A stretch of 64,000 bases of DNA from Cycas panzhihuaensis (lineage: Eukaryota > Plantae > Cycadophyta). The stretch covers positions 49,421,741 through 49,485,740 of the forward strand of contig CM041465.1 in assembly GCA_023213395.1 (NCBI GenBank). Reading direction: 5' to 3'. Below the pieces are notes generated by a model. The model was not told the DNA's origin, did not search any database, and saw only the letters and a program-made list of their open reading frames with translations. The position numbers were made by a program, and so were the translations under genes. Shown here piece by piece: positions 10,466 to 24,007 of the stretch; the first letter of the stretch is position 1; the number at the start of each line of letters is the position of its first letter.

Positions 10466-13400
10466 TTTAGTTTGCTTTGTGCATGCCATTCACTTCTTTC
10501 AAAAGGAAAACAATGTCGTTTACCAAGTAAATATCATTTATAAACAAAAGAATAAAATGCCATGTATGGGAGTCCATCAACCATATTTGAATTTTTAACA
10601 TTTCTAATCTATCAAAGGAGATATGACCATACTTCAAATGCTAGAGTTTATTATTATCAATATTTGCAATAGTAAAAAAATTTACATCATTTCTTATACT
10701 GATAGGATTAAAAGTAATTTATAGAGGTCATTGATTTTTATACCTTTATCAATTATAATTCTTCCCTTTTTCATATCTAAAATATGGCAAAACCCATCCT
10801 CTTCAAAGATAGTCTTTAGCTTTTTTCTTCCCAAGTTGAAAGACTAAGAGAAGATTTTTCTTCATTCCCAAAATAAAGAGAACACTGCCAATTTTTTACA
10901 CTTTTCCTTTTATCTCAACTACTATCATTTCAATGCCTTGAATGTTAAGTGGATATTTATTCCCTAACTCTACTGATTTATTGAAAGAGTAGGGCTTCAA
11001 ATATTTAAACCATTTCTTATGGCCTATCATATGATTAGATGCTCCTAAATCAATATACTAGACATCTTCATTTATGAGGTTGGTAGTAATTACATATGAA
11101 TGCAGTTTCTTCTTCTTCATCTCCTTTGAAGTTATTTTGTTATTTACTATCATTTATGGTAGGCCTTTTTTCTCTATGAATATCATCTCTCCTTTGAGAT
11201 CACTTATAAGGAAAGTGACCTCCTTACCCAGAATGGTGGTAAACATTGAATGCTTTGTAGATGCTAGAGAAGTGTTTAGGTTTTCTGTAGTTGAAGCAGA
11301 CTCTAGAGTCTCTTAGTGGAATTGATCGTCTTCTACCTTTGTTCTTTGTCCATCTTCCTCTAGATTAACTTCTGGTGTTGAGAGCCCTTCCTTGACCTCT
11401 CAAAAATGATTGTCTTTGTCCTTTGGGACCAAAGTTAAGTCTAGACAGGAATGACTCTTCAATCTCTATCTCTTCTTTATATCTCTTATTTCTTTGTTCT
11501 TATCTAATCAGAAGTCCTATTAATATTTTAAGATACATAGTTACAATCTGATTATTATTGGTTATAGAATATACCATATTATTGAATGACTTTGAGAGCT
11601 TGTTTACAATCATTTGCACAAGTTCCTATTTAGATAGATTGGCTCCATCACTAACTAAATTATTCTTGATTAAGGTCACTTTATGAATGAATTTTGAAAT
11701 ACTTTCCTTTTCTCCCATATGTAATTTGTATAATTCCTTCTTTAAGGCTACAATTCTAGCTTCATTTTTCTAGCAATAAAGATTGACAAACACTTTCCAA
11801 ATACCTTCACTAGAGTTCATCCCTTCAACATATACTAAAAGAGGATCTAAGATGGATAATTTTAAAATTATTACCCATGAATTATTTCTCTCATTCCAGT
11901 TAGGTTAATCAAGGGAATTATCTAGCCTTTTTTCTTTCCATATGGCTATATTCCAAACAATTTTTTCCCTCAACAAGGTTTCACCCTTAATTTTCCATAT
12001 GAAATAATGTGTTTCAGCTAATTTATCTTGATCATTCAGATCAAGAATGGAGGATGCCATTTCAAAAAATGAGTCTAAAGTTATTAGAAGGCTTTTCAAA
12101 GCTTTTAACAGGCTAGCCATATAGTTGTGTAAATTTCCATACAAAAGGACAGATGTATAGATGAGAATGAAAGTAGGTGAAAAAGATAGATCTTAAAGCA
12201 AGGTTTTCAAATATGTAAAAAACTTCAGGAGATCAACTTCAATTTGCTTGGAATTTAACCTGAAAGACAGAAAGTGTGGTTAATATTTCTAGAGGAAAAT
12301 GCTCATAACTTACAAAAATATCATCCAAGATCTTTGAAATTGGATTTGAATGAGGCACAATAAATAAGGGAAGAATTTGTGACTAGTATTACTCAAAATG
12401 CTAGAGTAAAGAATGAGAAATTTATAGTAGAACTTCAAAACCCACTACTACTAAAAATAGGGTAAAACTACCTAAAAATTAACTTGTTTGTAGTCAATCC
12501 TTTTGGAGAAAATGACGACCTTGATGAGATGTACTTACTAGCTAAATTTCATGTAAATTTGAGTACTTTGAAGAAATTGGTCTATACTATGAACATATTA
12601 TCTATACAACAAATTACTTTTTCTATACTTTATATGATTCTTGCATTGATCTTGTGGGTTAGTTAATTTATCTTACTAACCATCTTAGATTCACTTGGTT
12701 GCCTTCAATTTCTCATAGCAATAGACTCCTCTTCATATCTTCACTAAATCAGCAATTTAAACCTACTCTAATACCATGAAAGAAAGAAGTTTGAAATAAA
12801 GAAGGTTCATTGATTATGTGAGAGATTATCTCTCTATAAATATATGAAATGATTTATAACCACTTACTACATGTAAGCCACTTATAAACCACTTGTCACT
12901 ATTATAAAGAAGAGGGAATGACACACAACCCTCACTAACTTAAAACTTAATATCTTAGATCAAACATTACCTTGAACATAAAACACACAAAAATTGCATT
13001 AAAAAATTAGTCAAAATGCACATGCAAAGCTTTAAATCCTATGAAACAGCTACTAAAAATTAAAATAAAATTGTTTGATAGATGAATAGTGTATTTAATG
13101 AGCAAGTTCTAAAGGGGTTTTCGTGAACAAAATTGAGGGAGGAGGAGGAAGCTAAGCGAAATATATTAATATATCATTCTTAAAAACAAGCATGGAAGGG
13201 GCCACATACAAAGCCTAAATTTGAAACTAAGTCATATTAAATGAAGAGATGAATGGAAATCTCTAGCCATTTTTAAAACCAAATGGCATTAATAAATGGT
13301 TAAACACCAAAAGGCCATAGTAGAGATGGGATTAAAGAGAGCATTCAAAAACCATGAAAGGTTTTTGAAGTTGAAATAAAAGAAGACACTAGTAAACTAT

Positions 13401-13610
13401 CATGAAATATTAAATGACAAAGCTTGAAGGAATATACCTCTATTGATCTTACCCTATAGTAACAGACATTGTTGTTGCATATCAAATGTAGTAACCACCA
13501 TAATGAACAACACCAAACCAACACTTGGGTCATCAAACACCCATAAGATCTTAACCATGAGAAAAAAGTTGAATATATCCTTGAAGCATTATTATCGTTT
13601 ACTTAGAGTT

Positions 13611-16600
13611 TGTTAAGAAACATGAATGAATATATACATGTTTACACTCTATAGAATCTTTTACCATACATAGCAAGCAAATAAGATGAACATAGAAAAT
13701 AGTTACATAGTACATAAGAGATATGTGGAAAACCCCTTTGGGAAAAAACCCACCACAAAGATTTATTAATTACATTGATTACCACTTAATTGATATGAAT
13801 ATACAAGGGACTCTAGGATATTTATAATCCCCCAAGAGGTGTCAACCATTAAAGGTTATGACTCTTTCCATAACTTGCACCTTTTTGTTAATTACATTAA
13901 TTAAACCACCACATTAACATTAACAAATAGCTTAATAATTAATTGCCATACTAACATCCCTCCTTAATGTGAATGTAGGGAACTTGTAGCAGTTTAATTA
14001 TCACAAAGGCTTGAACTATTCTACTTCTTTATCCTTGTCAATACATCCCCCCTTAAGGATAACATTTGTGAGTCCCAATCTAGTATGCATTTTCATGAAT
14101 TAATCTTTAATAAGCACTTTGGTAAATATGTCTATAAGTTTATATTCACCCAGATAATAGTTAGCCTATATCTTTCTTGATTTGATTCATTCATGAATAT
14201 AGTGTTGTTATATCTTAATGTGTTTTATATGCATGAAACTCTAACTTTTTTAATAAATGAATAGTATTCTAATTATCAACAAAAATAATTAAATTGGCAT
14301 TTGACACTCAAAGAACTTCTAAGAGACCTTGTAACCATACTGTGTCTTTTGCATCAACACTAAGTCCTTAATATTCTGGCTTTATATAAGATAATGCCAC
14401 TATTTGTTACTTTTTCAACTACCACAAAATAAATCCATTATTGACACTAAAGATGTATCCAATAATAGATTGTTTATCACCAAAGTCTCCTTGCCAACTA
14501 GCATCAGTATAGCCATACAACTTTATCTTTTCACCATGAAGTTATTTAAGACTAAGATTGAGTGTCCCTTTTAAATACTTTAGAATTCACTTTGCTATAA
14601 CCCAATGCAGTTCTTGAGGATTCCACATATAAGGGCCACCAATCCAACAACGTAGGTGATATCTAGTCTAGTATGAGTCAAATAGATTATACTCCTTATA
14701 AATTGACAATATAATATTCTATCTATAGAGAGTTTGGCCATGTCTTTTTGCAACTCTATGTATTTAGCACATGGTATTGTAATCGGCTTATAATCTTGCA
14801 TCCTAAACTTCTCTAGTAGGTTCTTCACATATTGAGTCTACAAAATTATCATACTATCTTCTATCTACCTGACTTCAATGCCTAAAAAGTAATGTAGAGG
14901 CACGAGGCCTATCATATCAAAGGTAGCTCCCAAATTAGATTTGACTCAAACAATAGTCTTACTATAGTTATGTCTGATGATTAGAAATCTGTATATAACA
15001 TAATAACTACTATTGAAGTCCTACACCACTTTATATATAGATTTGACACCAAGTTCATAGTAACAAAACCTTCTTCCTATAATTTTGCATGGATCTTATC
15101 ATACCAAGAATGGGGTGCTTGTTTTAGGCCATAGAGTGATTTATTCAAATGACACACAAGATGCTCTTAGCCTTTCTTAGTAAATCCCAAAGGTTGTGAT
15201 ACCTAAATCTCCTCCTTTAGATCTTCGTTAAGAAATATAGACTTAATGTTTATATGGTGTAACTCCCAACCATATATAGCCAGTGAGGAAATGATCAAAT
15301 AGACTATGGGTAGTTTGGAAATTAGTGAAAATATCTCCTCATAATCAATTCCTTCCTTTTATTTAAACCCTTGAGTAATAAGTATGCCCTTGTACTTGTT
15401 CACCTCCCCATCAAAGTAGAACTTTATCTTATAGACCCACTTACACCTAACTAGGTTCCTCTTCAAATATAAGGGAACTAAATCCCATGTGGTATTCTTC
15501 ATAATTAAGCCATACTCCTCCTCCATTATAGTTTTCTATCATGGATCATCCTTCGCTTCATCATATGAAATAGGATTATTAGAGTTGGTGGCGTTTACCA
15601 ATAGAGTCTAACTAGCATACTGGCTTCTTGTTCTTCTATCATTAGTAAGGTTCTACATCACCACTCCAAAACCCTCTATCATCTTCTTTGCTATAATGGT
15701 ATAGCAGGACCTGGTGTTATAAGTAGTTCTTCATATAATAACTCCCCAGTATTACTCTCTCCACTTAGTCTAGCTTCCTCTTGAATTCCAGTGACTGGCT
15801 CATCATCTTTTTCAATTGTTAAACTTAGAAATAGAAGTAGTGGGGGGTAAAAAGGCTCTTCTAATGACTTCTTAGCATAATACATCGATGACTCATTAAA
15901 TTTAACATCTTGACTAATCATAATTCTTTTCCCCTATGGATTCCATAGTTTATAAGCTTTATTCTACTTAGAATACCCCATGAATATGCACTTTAAACTC
16001 TTGTGATCTAACCTTTTACAACCTTCATTTAGGATATGTGCATATCTAGTGCACCCAAATGTTTTTAAATGACCAATGGCTAGATTACGATCGGTTCATT
16101 TTTCCTCAGGGGTCATGCTTCGAACTACTTGAGTGGGCACCCTATTTAGAATATAAATAGTAGTCTCAATAATTTCTACCTAAAACATTGGTGGTAAGTT
16201 TTTCGAATACACCATACACTTTGCCATCCCCATCATAATACATTTTTTTCTCTCTACAACACCATTTTGTTATGGGGTATATAAGACCATAAATTCCTAT
16301 TTTATACCATGATCCTAACAAAACTGATATAAACATGTAATTCTCATATTTGTTGCCATTATCACTCCTTAACATTTTAATCCTTTTATCACATTCATTT
16401 TCAATTCTCACATTCTAATTATGAAAGTGTTCAAATGCCTCTGACTTATTTTTCGGGAAATACATCCAAGCCTTCTTGGTGTAGTCATCTACAAACAACA
16501 AAGTATATCAAGCTCTTGATATTGAAGGGTTTGAGAGTGATCCTATCACGTCTATGTGCATGAGTTCAAACTTTTCCTTATCTCTCTAGACATTATCCTG

Positions 16601-19600
16601 ACTAAAAGGATAATGATGATGCTTCCTATACATACACCCTTCACACACATTGTCTCAACATGAAATAGACGATAATCCTTCTATCATTCTCAACCTTTTT
16701 AGTAGTACAATGCTTCTATAATTAAGGTGACCTAAGTAATCATGCCACAACTTGCTCACATCATCTAAACTAGTAATAAAAGCATAAGACTTCTTCTAAA
16801 ATTAAAATTTTTCAAACACCAAAAAATTATCCCTACCATTCCTAATAGAAATGATAGAGAAATTTTGTTGAGGATCCTTAATTAGACATCTATCTTTATA
16901 AAGCTTAACCTTCATTCCTTGTTTACAGATTTCTTAGGTTGAAAGTAAATTCATCTGCATCTTGGGTATATAATAGGCCTCTTTAAATTTACCACCTACT
17001 AAGAATACATCACTAATACCTTCAACAATAACATGCAATAATCTCCAAGGAGAATATTAGCACTATAATTATCTATACTCCATGCATCAAAGTTTTGCTT
17101 ATGGAAAGAGATATGTTTCTATGCTTTAGAGTCCAATATCCAACAGTCTCTCCAACTTGACTCAACTAACAAGGATGACACTCTAGCACAGTGTGTTGCT
17201 ATGCTCTTCCCCTTATCATCTTAGCTAGCTTCACATATATCATGTCTTTTAAACCAATAGTTCTTTTCTTTGTGGCCTTCCTTCTTATAGTAGTCATATT
17301 TACTTGTGAATCCCTTCTTCTCCCGACTCTTCCCATGACCTTTGTATGAACTTCTCCTCCTAAATGGTCTCCCTCCTCTATGTCTTCATGACTAAGGCCT
17401 AACTTGATTTAAAACCTCCAAGCATCCCAAGATGTTTTAACTTAGAATCCTTAGCCAGAATAAGATTCTTTATACCATCGAATGTCTCGCTCTCCATCAC
17501 CTCAACTTTGCCATAGATGGTCTAGAAAATGGTAAATGTTACTAGTAATTTTGACATATTTATTACAAACAATAGTGCATCATCAATCAAATTTGATTTC
17601 AACTACTTTAGCTTATTTTTCAAGTCAATGACTTTATTTAGGTAGGCACTTATGATGGTCTCATCTTCCACTATAGAATTGAGAAGTTCCAACATCAAAG
17701 ATAGAGGTCTATTCATCTGCTTCTTCTCAAAAGTTTCATATAACTTTGCCCAAATTTCATCTGGTTAATCAAGGTTATGAACCAATACCCATTGATTTGG
17801 CCCTAGTGATAGTTTCAACAATCTGACTGCCATAAACTACTTCTCCTAAAATCAAACACATTCCTTAGAATTGAGCAAAATTATGTCCACATTTGCCTTA
17901 GTTATTATCCATAGTTGATTCACTATCAATATTAACTCCATGTTAGCATTCCACTTACCAAAGTTGTTACTATTAAAGATAACTTTAGGTATCAAGTGGT
18001 CCATTCTTGAGAAATGGGCTTCAAAAAATGAGTCAATATCACCAGACTACTACACCTATAATATTTCGAATAATACCCACTTCATTGTGTTCACCACCTT
18101 CTCAAGCACATGCATTAGGGTACATAACCAATGGTTATACAAGATAGAACCACCTACAAATAGTCAATCCCATAGCAACTGGCCTCAAGATCATTCTTAA
18201 AATGCCTAAAAAACTCCAAAAAGGACTCAAAACACCATAGAAAATCTTCACAAATAAGAGATTATAACATAGCAGTGGTTGTATGGTCTTCTAAGTCAAA
18301 TTTTAATCAAACCAGGCTCCAAAGTGGTCTCAAGATCATTCACAGTGCTTAATGTATAAACCATATAATATATTCAATGGTCTCTCTAAGGTTATAAAGG
18401 TAACTTTATATAAAATATACCAAAAGGCATATTCTCAAAGTGGAAATTGTCCAAAATAGGTGGCATGCCTTTTCACTAATTACACATGCCTTAAATCAAG
18501 GAATAATGTAATACAAAGGTTGTCTAAGGTTAAACACCTAAAAGAATTATCAAAGTTTACTTATATTACATCTTTGGATTTCAAAAGGCATGAGTAAGGA
18601 GTTATAGTAGCTGCATGAGGGATTACAACCTATGTAGGTCCTCCCAATCCCTCATGACTTTAACACTCACCCATGGCTATAAGACCAATCATACATAGTC
18701 CAACAATCACACAAGCATATTATGGTTTAGTCTCATGCAATCCTAACACTCAACAAAAGAAGAAACAGGGTTGCAAGCTCATACAAAGTTGTCCAAACTT
18801 AGCATTCAATTATACATGATAAATAATCTAAATAACAGCATTTATTATTGTCCAATACCCTTCTTATGGACAAAAAACCTCTTCAATAGGATACAATCTC
18901 ATCCTTAGGTAAGGAACTCTGATTACTTCAGTGTAAGATATTGATTTTTTAATGCCAAATATAATTGAACTTCTTTAAAAATAGAGCAAACTTACTTGTA
19001 TAATGTGCAATAACCCCCAATACTATTAGATCTCCACCATAACATACTTCGCTAGCCTTGGGTAGTGCCCAATTTACCAATTAACTTTAGATGACCCCAT
19101 AATGAGCCAACTCAATCCATGAAAATGACTTGTAAGTTTGATTTTTGACCCCAGTAGTGCACTAACCTTATTGATGGGTGAATTTCACCTCCTTAACCAC
19201 CATTGAATATTGTGCTTGCTCTTATAAGTTATTGGTAAAGATGAGTCCTTAAGAAATCTCAGGTTTTAATAGTATCACCTAATAACCTATGATCTTATTG
19301 CTCCACCCAGCTTTGGCCTCACTTGTGTAGGACCTTATAGCTCTAATACTAAGTTAATAAACATGAATGAATACATACATGTTTACACTCCACAGAATCT
19401 TTTACCATACACAACAAGCAAATAAGATGAACATAGAAAATAGTTACATAATATATAAGATACAAGTGGAAAACCCTTATAGGAAAAAAAGTACCATAAA
19501 GATTTGTTGATCACCACTTGATTGATATGAATATACAAGAGACTCTAGGATATTTATAATCTTCCAACAGGTGTCAACTATTAAAGGTTGTAACTCCATA

Positions 19601-19686
19601 TAACTTATACCATTTTATTAATCACATTAATTAAACTATAATATTAATATTAACAAGTGGCTTAATAATTAACTACCATGCTAACT
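13611..19686 (-). mobile_element. Copia-3 (copy A): full-length decayed element, LTRs 13611-13956 and 19352-19686
   Basis: Perfect TSD GAGTT (13606-13610 and 19687-19691); PBS 19340-19351; PPT 13957-13965; gag MDHLIPKVIFNSNNFGKW; protease WILDSKA; integrase FVDDYTKKAWMYF; RNase H LYGYTDASWQGD. Confidence 0.93.
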
Positions 19687-20659
19687 GAGTTAAACACCAT
19701 TATTAAGAAGTTGAAACCCTTTGCAAGGTGAATGCCATCATCAAACAAGAGTACCCTTAATTTGTTAGGGAATTCCATAGGCTTGTGACTAGTTAATATG
19801 CCATTTGATAAAGTTGTGAGATGCCATAGACTACGTATAATAATCCTTGACATTCAAAAAGAGCATGAATACATAGTTGTAGGGATAAATAAAAGTTTAA
19901 TATGCCATCAAAACTAAACCAAAGGATGATAGATACATTAATGGACGTAGAGCTTTGCACAGCCAATGCAAGAAACACAAGAGACATACCCAAATCACAC
20001 AAAAATGCCAATCTCACAAAATTAAAATTAAAATCTAAAGATTTCTAAAAATTACATGCATACCCATTGAAGAAGACCCATGCGTGTATGATTTAATGAA
20101 AACGCCAAAAACTTGGTAGAAATTATCATGGAAATTACTTCAAAATTAGTTTTCACAAAAAATTCAAGTTCTCATTGTCCATGTAGGGAATGTTTATTAA
20201 ATATTCTACTTTTAAAATATTGGTTAAAGTGTATTTACTATTTCCTAATGTTTATAGGACATTAAAATACTTTTTATAAAATTTAAAGTCCATGACTAAA
20301 CCCATATATCCTAGACCCAAATTGTATGGTACAAAAGGTGTTAAAGCACTTTTAGGGTCATTTAATACTCAATTTTAGAAAATAAATATATTGCATTACT
20401 TATTTTTTCACATAATTTCACTCTGCAATAGCCACATTAACCACTTATATATGAATTTTTGAAGGAAATTATAAATTTCCTTTTTTAAGATGATTCCAAC
20501 TACTTATAAGTAAACCAAGGAAGTGATGTGGTAGATTCTAATTACCTATGTGTAGACTAAGTACATTGAGTAATTGTTTAAGTATATTTTATATAGTCTT
20601 TTTACTATTTTTAGTTGCAATCCTATAGAATTTTACACAATGACAAGAGGAGTAGTATA

Positions 20660-21678
20660 ATGGGTTCTATAACAAAGAAATTAACTAATTCTAACAAATA
20701 TATTATATGGAAACATCAAATGTTTAACTTCCTTACTTTAAGTTATTTATGGAAATATATTAACAACTTTATAATGGATAGAACAAATGTAGATGACATT
20801 GCTTTCATAATTAAACTTAGAGATGGAGTTATTTTTAGAGAAAAATATGAAGTAAAAATTTGAATTATCTTTGGGCTTTTTAGTCTATATATTATAATAG
20901 AAGCCTCATTGTGAACATCAACGGGGCCCCTAACCTTAAGTAATTGTGGGATACATCATCGACCGATTCAAACATAAAAATGATGCAAAATCCCTAAAGT
21001 TAAGGAGTCAACTATACATCTTAAAGATTCCAACATTGATAATCGACCATCTATAGTGTGCCAAAACCATTTAAGAACAACTGACCACTATTAGAGAAAC
21101 TTATATATTATAGCTTGCATCTTGAGGAGATTACTAGCTACATATGATAATTTCACAACCGCTTTAATACTTGCATCTACTATGGTATAGAGTTCCTTGG
21201 ATTCATTGCTTCTAGAGCATGAGATGAAGTTAAAAGGATTAAATGAGAGGTCATCTAAAGCACTATCAACCAGATTGAAAAGAAAGAAACCATTTATTCG
21301 TAAAGATGAACACATCTTCTAAATAAATGGTATAGAGCTAAGTGTTTTCATTATGGAAACTTGGGATACCTAAAGAAAGATTATTAGTAATTGCAATGTT
21401 ACTAGCAATAGTCACAATGACAACCTCAATAATAAGAAAAGTAAAAGTAGTAACTTCCTACTAGTCAGAGAAGACATGTTTCAGATGTAGTAAGGAATAC
21501 ACCTACTAAGATAGTAAAGAAACTCTTCATTGTTGCATATAATATGATATCTAATGCACATCAAGTTTATCTTATTAATTCCAATACATTTAAACATATG
21601 ACTAGCATGTTAGAATGGTTTTATGAGATATGGGAAGTCAATCAAAAGGTCGCCATTAGAGATGATGAAACAAGTTAA
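20660..21678 (+). mobile_element. Copia-4 gag/protease remnant (copy A), interrupted by Copia-5
   Basis: KKLTNSNKYIIWKHQMFNFLTLSYLWKYI (gag N-terminus); KCFHYGNLGYLKKDY (degenerate CCHC); YLINSNTFKHMT (degenerate protease DSGA..HMT). Confidence 0.75.
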
Positions 21679-23730
21679 TGTCACAAGGTCATTATATTAA
21701 TTGATTATTCCTAAAAGGGTTTTAAGTGAACTTTAATTAAATCACTTAAGTGAAATGCATTTTCATGTGCATTATATATAATTTTATTTTACCTCACTCT
21801 AATGCTATGTATCTCTATATAAAAGTAAAAGCTCAATGGAGGAGGCTTATTCTTACCTCCCCATTTTTGTCAGAGCTACTCTTTTTCTCTCAAGTCTTTC
21901 TTTCTCCCATGTTTACTTTTATGTATAGTGCATGGAGATGAAGAATAGATCCACTCCTTTCATGTGGTATCAAAGCTTTCTTCCTTCATATTCTTTGCTT
22001 ACACTTGTAATAGAGTCATCACTTCCTTCTCCTCCACAATCCATATGGTGAAGGGGGTTGTGAAAGTGGATTTGGAAATATTTTCAAGTTTTTATCATAG
22101 CATACTTAGTATTGTTTACTTTCTCTTTCTCTTTTATAAGCTTGAAATCACAATACAAGGAGTTGTAAGGCCTAAGGATTCCAATCCTTTGGTAGCCATT
22201 TGTGCATATCTCATTCTTCTTTTCTTTCCCCTCTTTTTGTCCATTTAACAAGGGGAAATGCTGCCAAATTTTTTCTAGCATTTAGAAGAATGTTTATAAG
22301 GGGAGGTTCTGGCCTTTTTTTTTAACAATTTAGAGTCATTTAAAATATCCATCATTGTATGCTCTCACCTTGCCTATATCTAGATCCTAGTGATTAAAAA
22401 ATAATGAAAATTTTATATGGTGTCATGTGTTGATGAGAAATTTGCAAGCTATATTTTCTACAGAAATAAAATCTACTTATTAAATTTCACAAGTCTGCTA
22501 AAACTTCTACAGAGCTCTAATTGACTTGATTCTAATTTTTAAAAATGTAACTCTAAGAATAGTTTCCAACACAAAAATTAGTACTCAATTTTATTGTCGT
22601 ATGAGAAAGTTATTATTGTTTTAGTGAACATCAGTTATTTATAGTAAGAATTTTGAAAACATATATTCCATACACTTTGTAGGACTTCCAAAAATTTTAT
22701 AGAACTCATTTGGGCCTAATTCCACTTTCTAAAGATGCAACTCCAAGTTCAGTTTACAGCACAAAAATTGGCACTCAATTTTGTTATCGTGAGATAAAGT
22801 TATTGATGTTTTAGTGAAGACTTTTTTTTGTTGTTAAAAAAAAAAAAAAGTGAAGAAAATTTCTTCTTTTTTTAAGGCTTCAAAGGCTATTGTAAAAGTG
22901 AGTGGAAAACACTTGGATTAGAGCAATATATGGTGCCCTCACTTCACTTCTCAATATTTTATTTCAACACTCCAAACAAGCACTTCATTTTTAGTTACAT
23001 GTATATTTAGTGCAAATTTAATAATATTTTCACTCTCATTAAAAGGAACGCATCATGTATGTCATTTTCCACCATCTTGTACCTATTCATAAACTTGCTA
23101 AGGTTGAGATACCTTGGTTGGCAGAATGTCATGCCATAAAGGAGGTGTAGGTTTCAATTTAGGACTATACTTAACCAAAATATTGGTAAGATTTGGTTAG
23201 CCATATCATCGTGCCTCAATTAGGGATAATTCTAATAACCAATTGGGAAAACTAAAACTTTAATACAAGATTACAATATACCCAATCCAATATCTATCAT
23301 AGTTATGGATATGCATGTACCACTCTTAGAGAAGGTATATAACTCCTCATTGGTGAATAAGGTGAGGATTGGGAGTACCTAGGCTTCATTGTGACTTAGA
23401 TTTTATCACTAAGCACAATTGTGGGTATCGTAGGTGAAGGCTAACTTAATTCTACTAGAAGCCTAAGCATTCCTTCAACAACCTCAACTACATATTAAAT
23501 ACAAGTTAGAGGCTATTGGGTTGATTACACATCCTATATTTGAGTTTCAGAGTTATGTACACTCAATGATATTAGCTTCAACATTAGTCTATAATCTTAT
23601 ATATTGATCACTCACATATTTACAAATAGTAATCCATAGTGCAATCATAGTGCTACATTCTTGTTACATCAGGATAATTCTACCACAGGTGTTGATGGCC
23701 AATTTTCATCATAGTGCTTCTCATATTCCT
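21679..23730 (+). mobile_element. Copia-5 5' part (copy A): LTR 21679-21962, PBS and long leader, truncated at the duplication junction
   Basis: TGTCAC...TTTCA LTR with TATA-like ctatataaaag; PBS tggtatcaaagc at 21965-21976. Confidence 0.75.
22500..22822. repeat. Diverged tandem repeat with 190-bp period in the Copia-5 leader (B: about 62150-62472)
   Basis: cacaaaaatt.g.actcaatttt.tt.tcgt...a.aaagttatt..tgttttagtgaa starts at 22570 and 22760. Confidence 0.8.
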
Positions 23731-24007
23731 TTTTAGATAATTTGAATATCACACTACCTTTAATAGGAATCCTCCACCAATTAATTATTAGATTCCTTAG
23801 ATTAGGGTGTTTAACCCACATCAATTAAAAGTGAAAAGTTACACCATTGTGCCTTTTGCTAAGATTGAATTTAAGCATCAAAGGAGAGTGATATGAGGCC
23901 ATCTTTGGTAAGGCCTCCAATCTGAACTCATCATATCAGCTAATCTAGGCATAGTTTACCATAATCCTATCCAATCTCACTTGGATATAGTGTTCCCCCA
24001 ATCTCCT

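Larger units (their letters stand above)
7481..12978 (-). mobile_element. Copia-2 (copy A): full-length decayed element with short LTRs (7481-7671 and 12777-12978)
   Basis: PBS tggtattagagt (12765-12776, minus); PPT next to 7672; TSD CAAAA/TAAAA; protease YIDLGASNHM near 11030-11065; RT IVVYVDDMLL near 8595-8625; integrase interrupted by the TRIM. Confidence 0.92.
1..23730. repeat. Tandem segmental duplication, copy A (left end lies upstream of the window)
   Basis: 44-3624 aligns to 26501-30080, 3629-3902 to 32016-32289, and 3903-23730 to 43526-63380. Homology ends at ...tcatattcct (23730/63380). Paired ORFs in the track, e.g. 78/26535, 11074/50725, 17940/57592. Confidence 0.95.

Noticed and set aside
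22914-22926. PBS-like tggattagagc
   Set aside because: Incomplete match, not conserved in B (tgaattaaagc), and no LTR pair.
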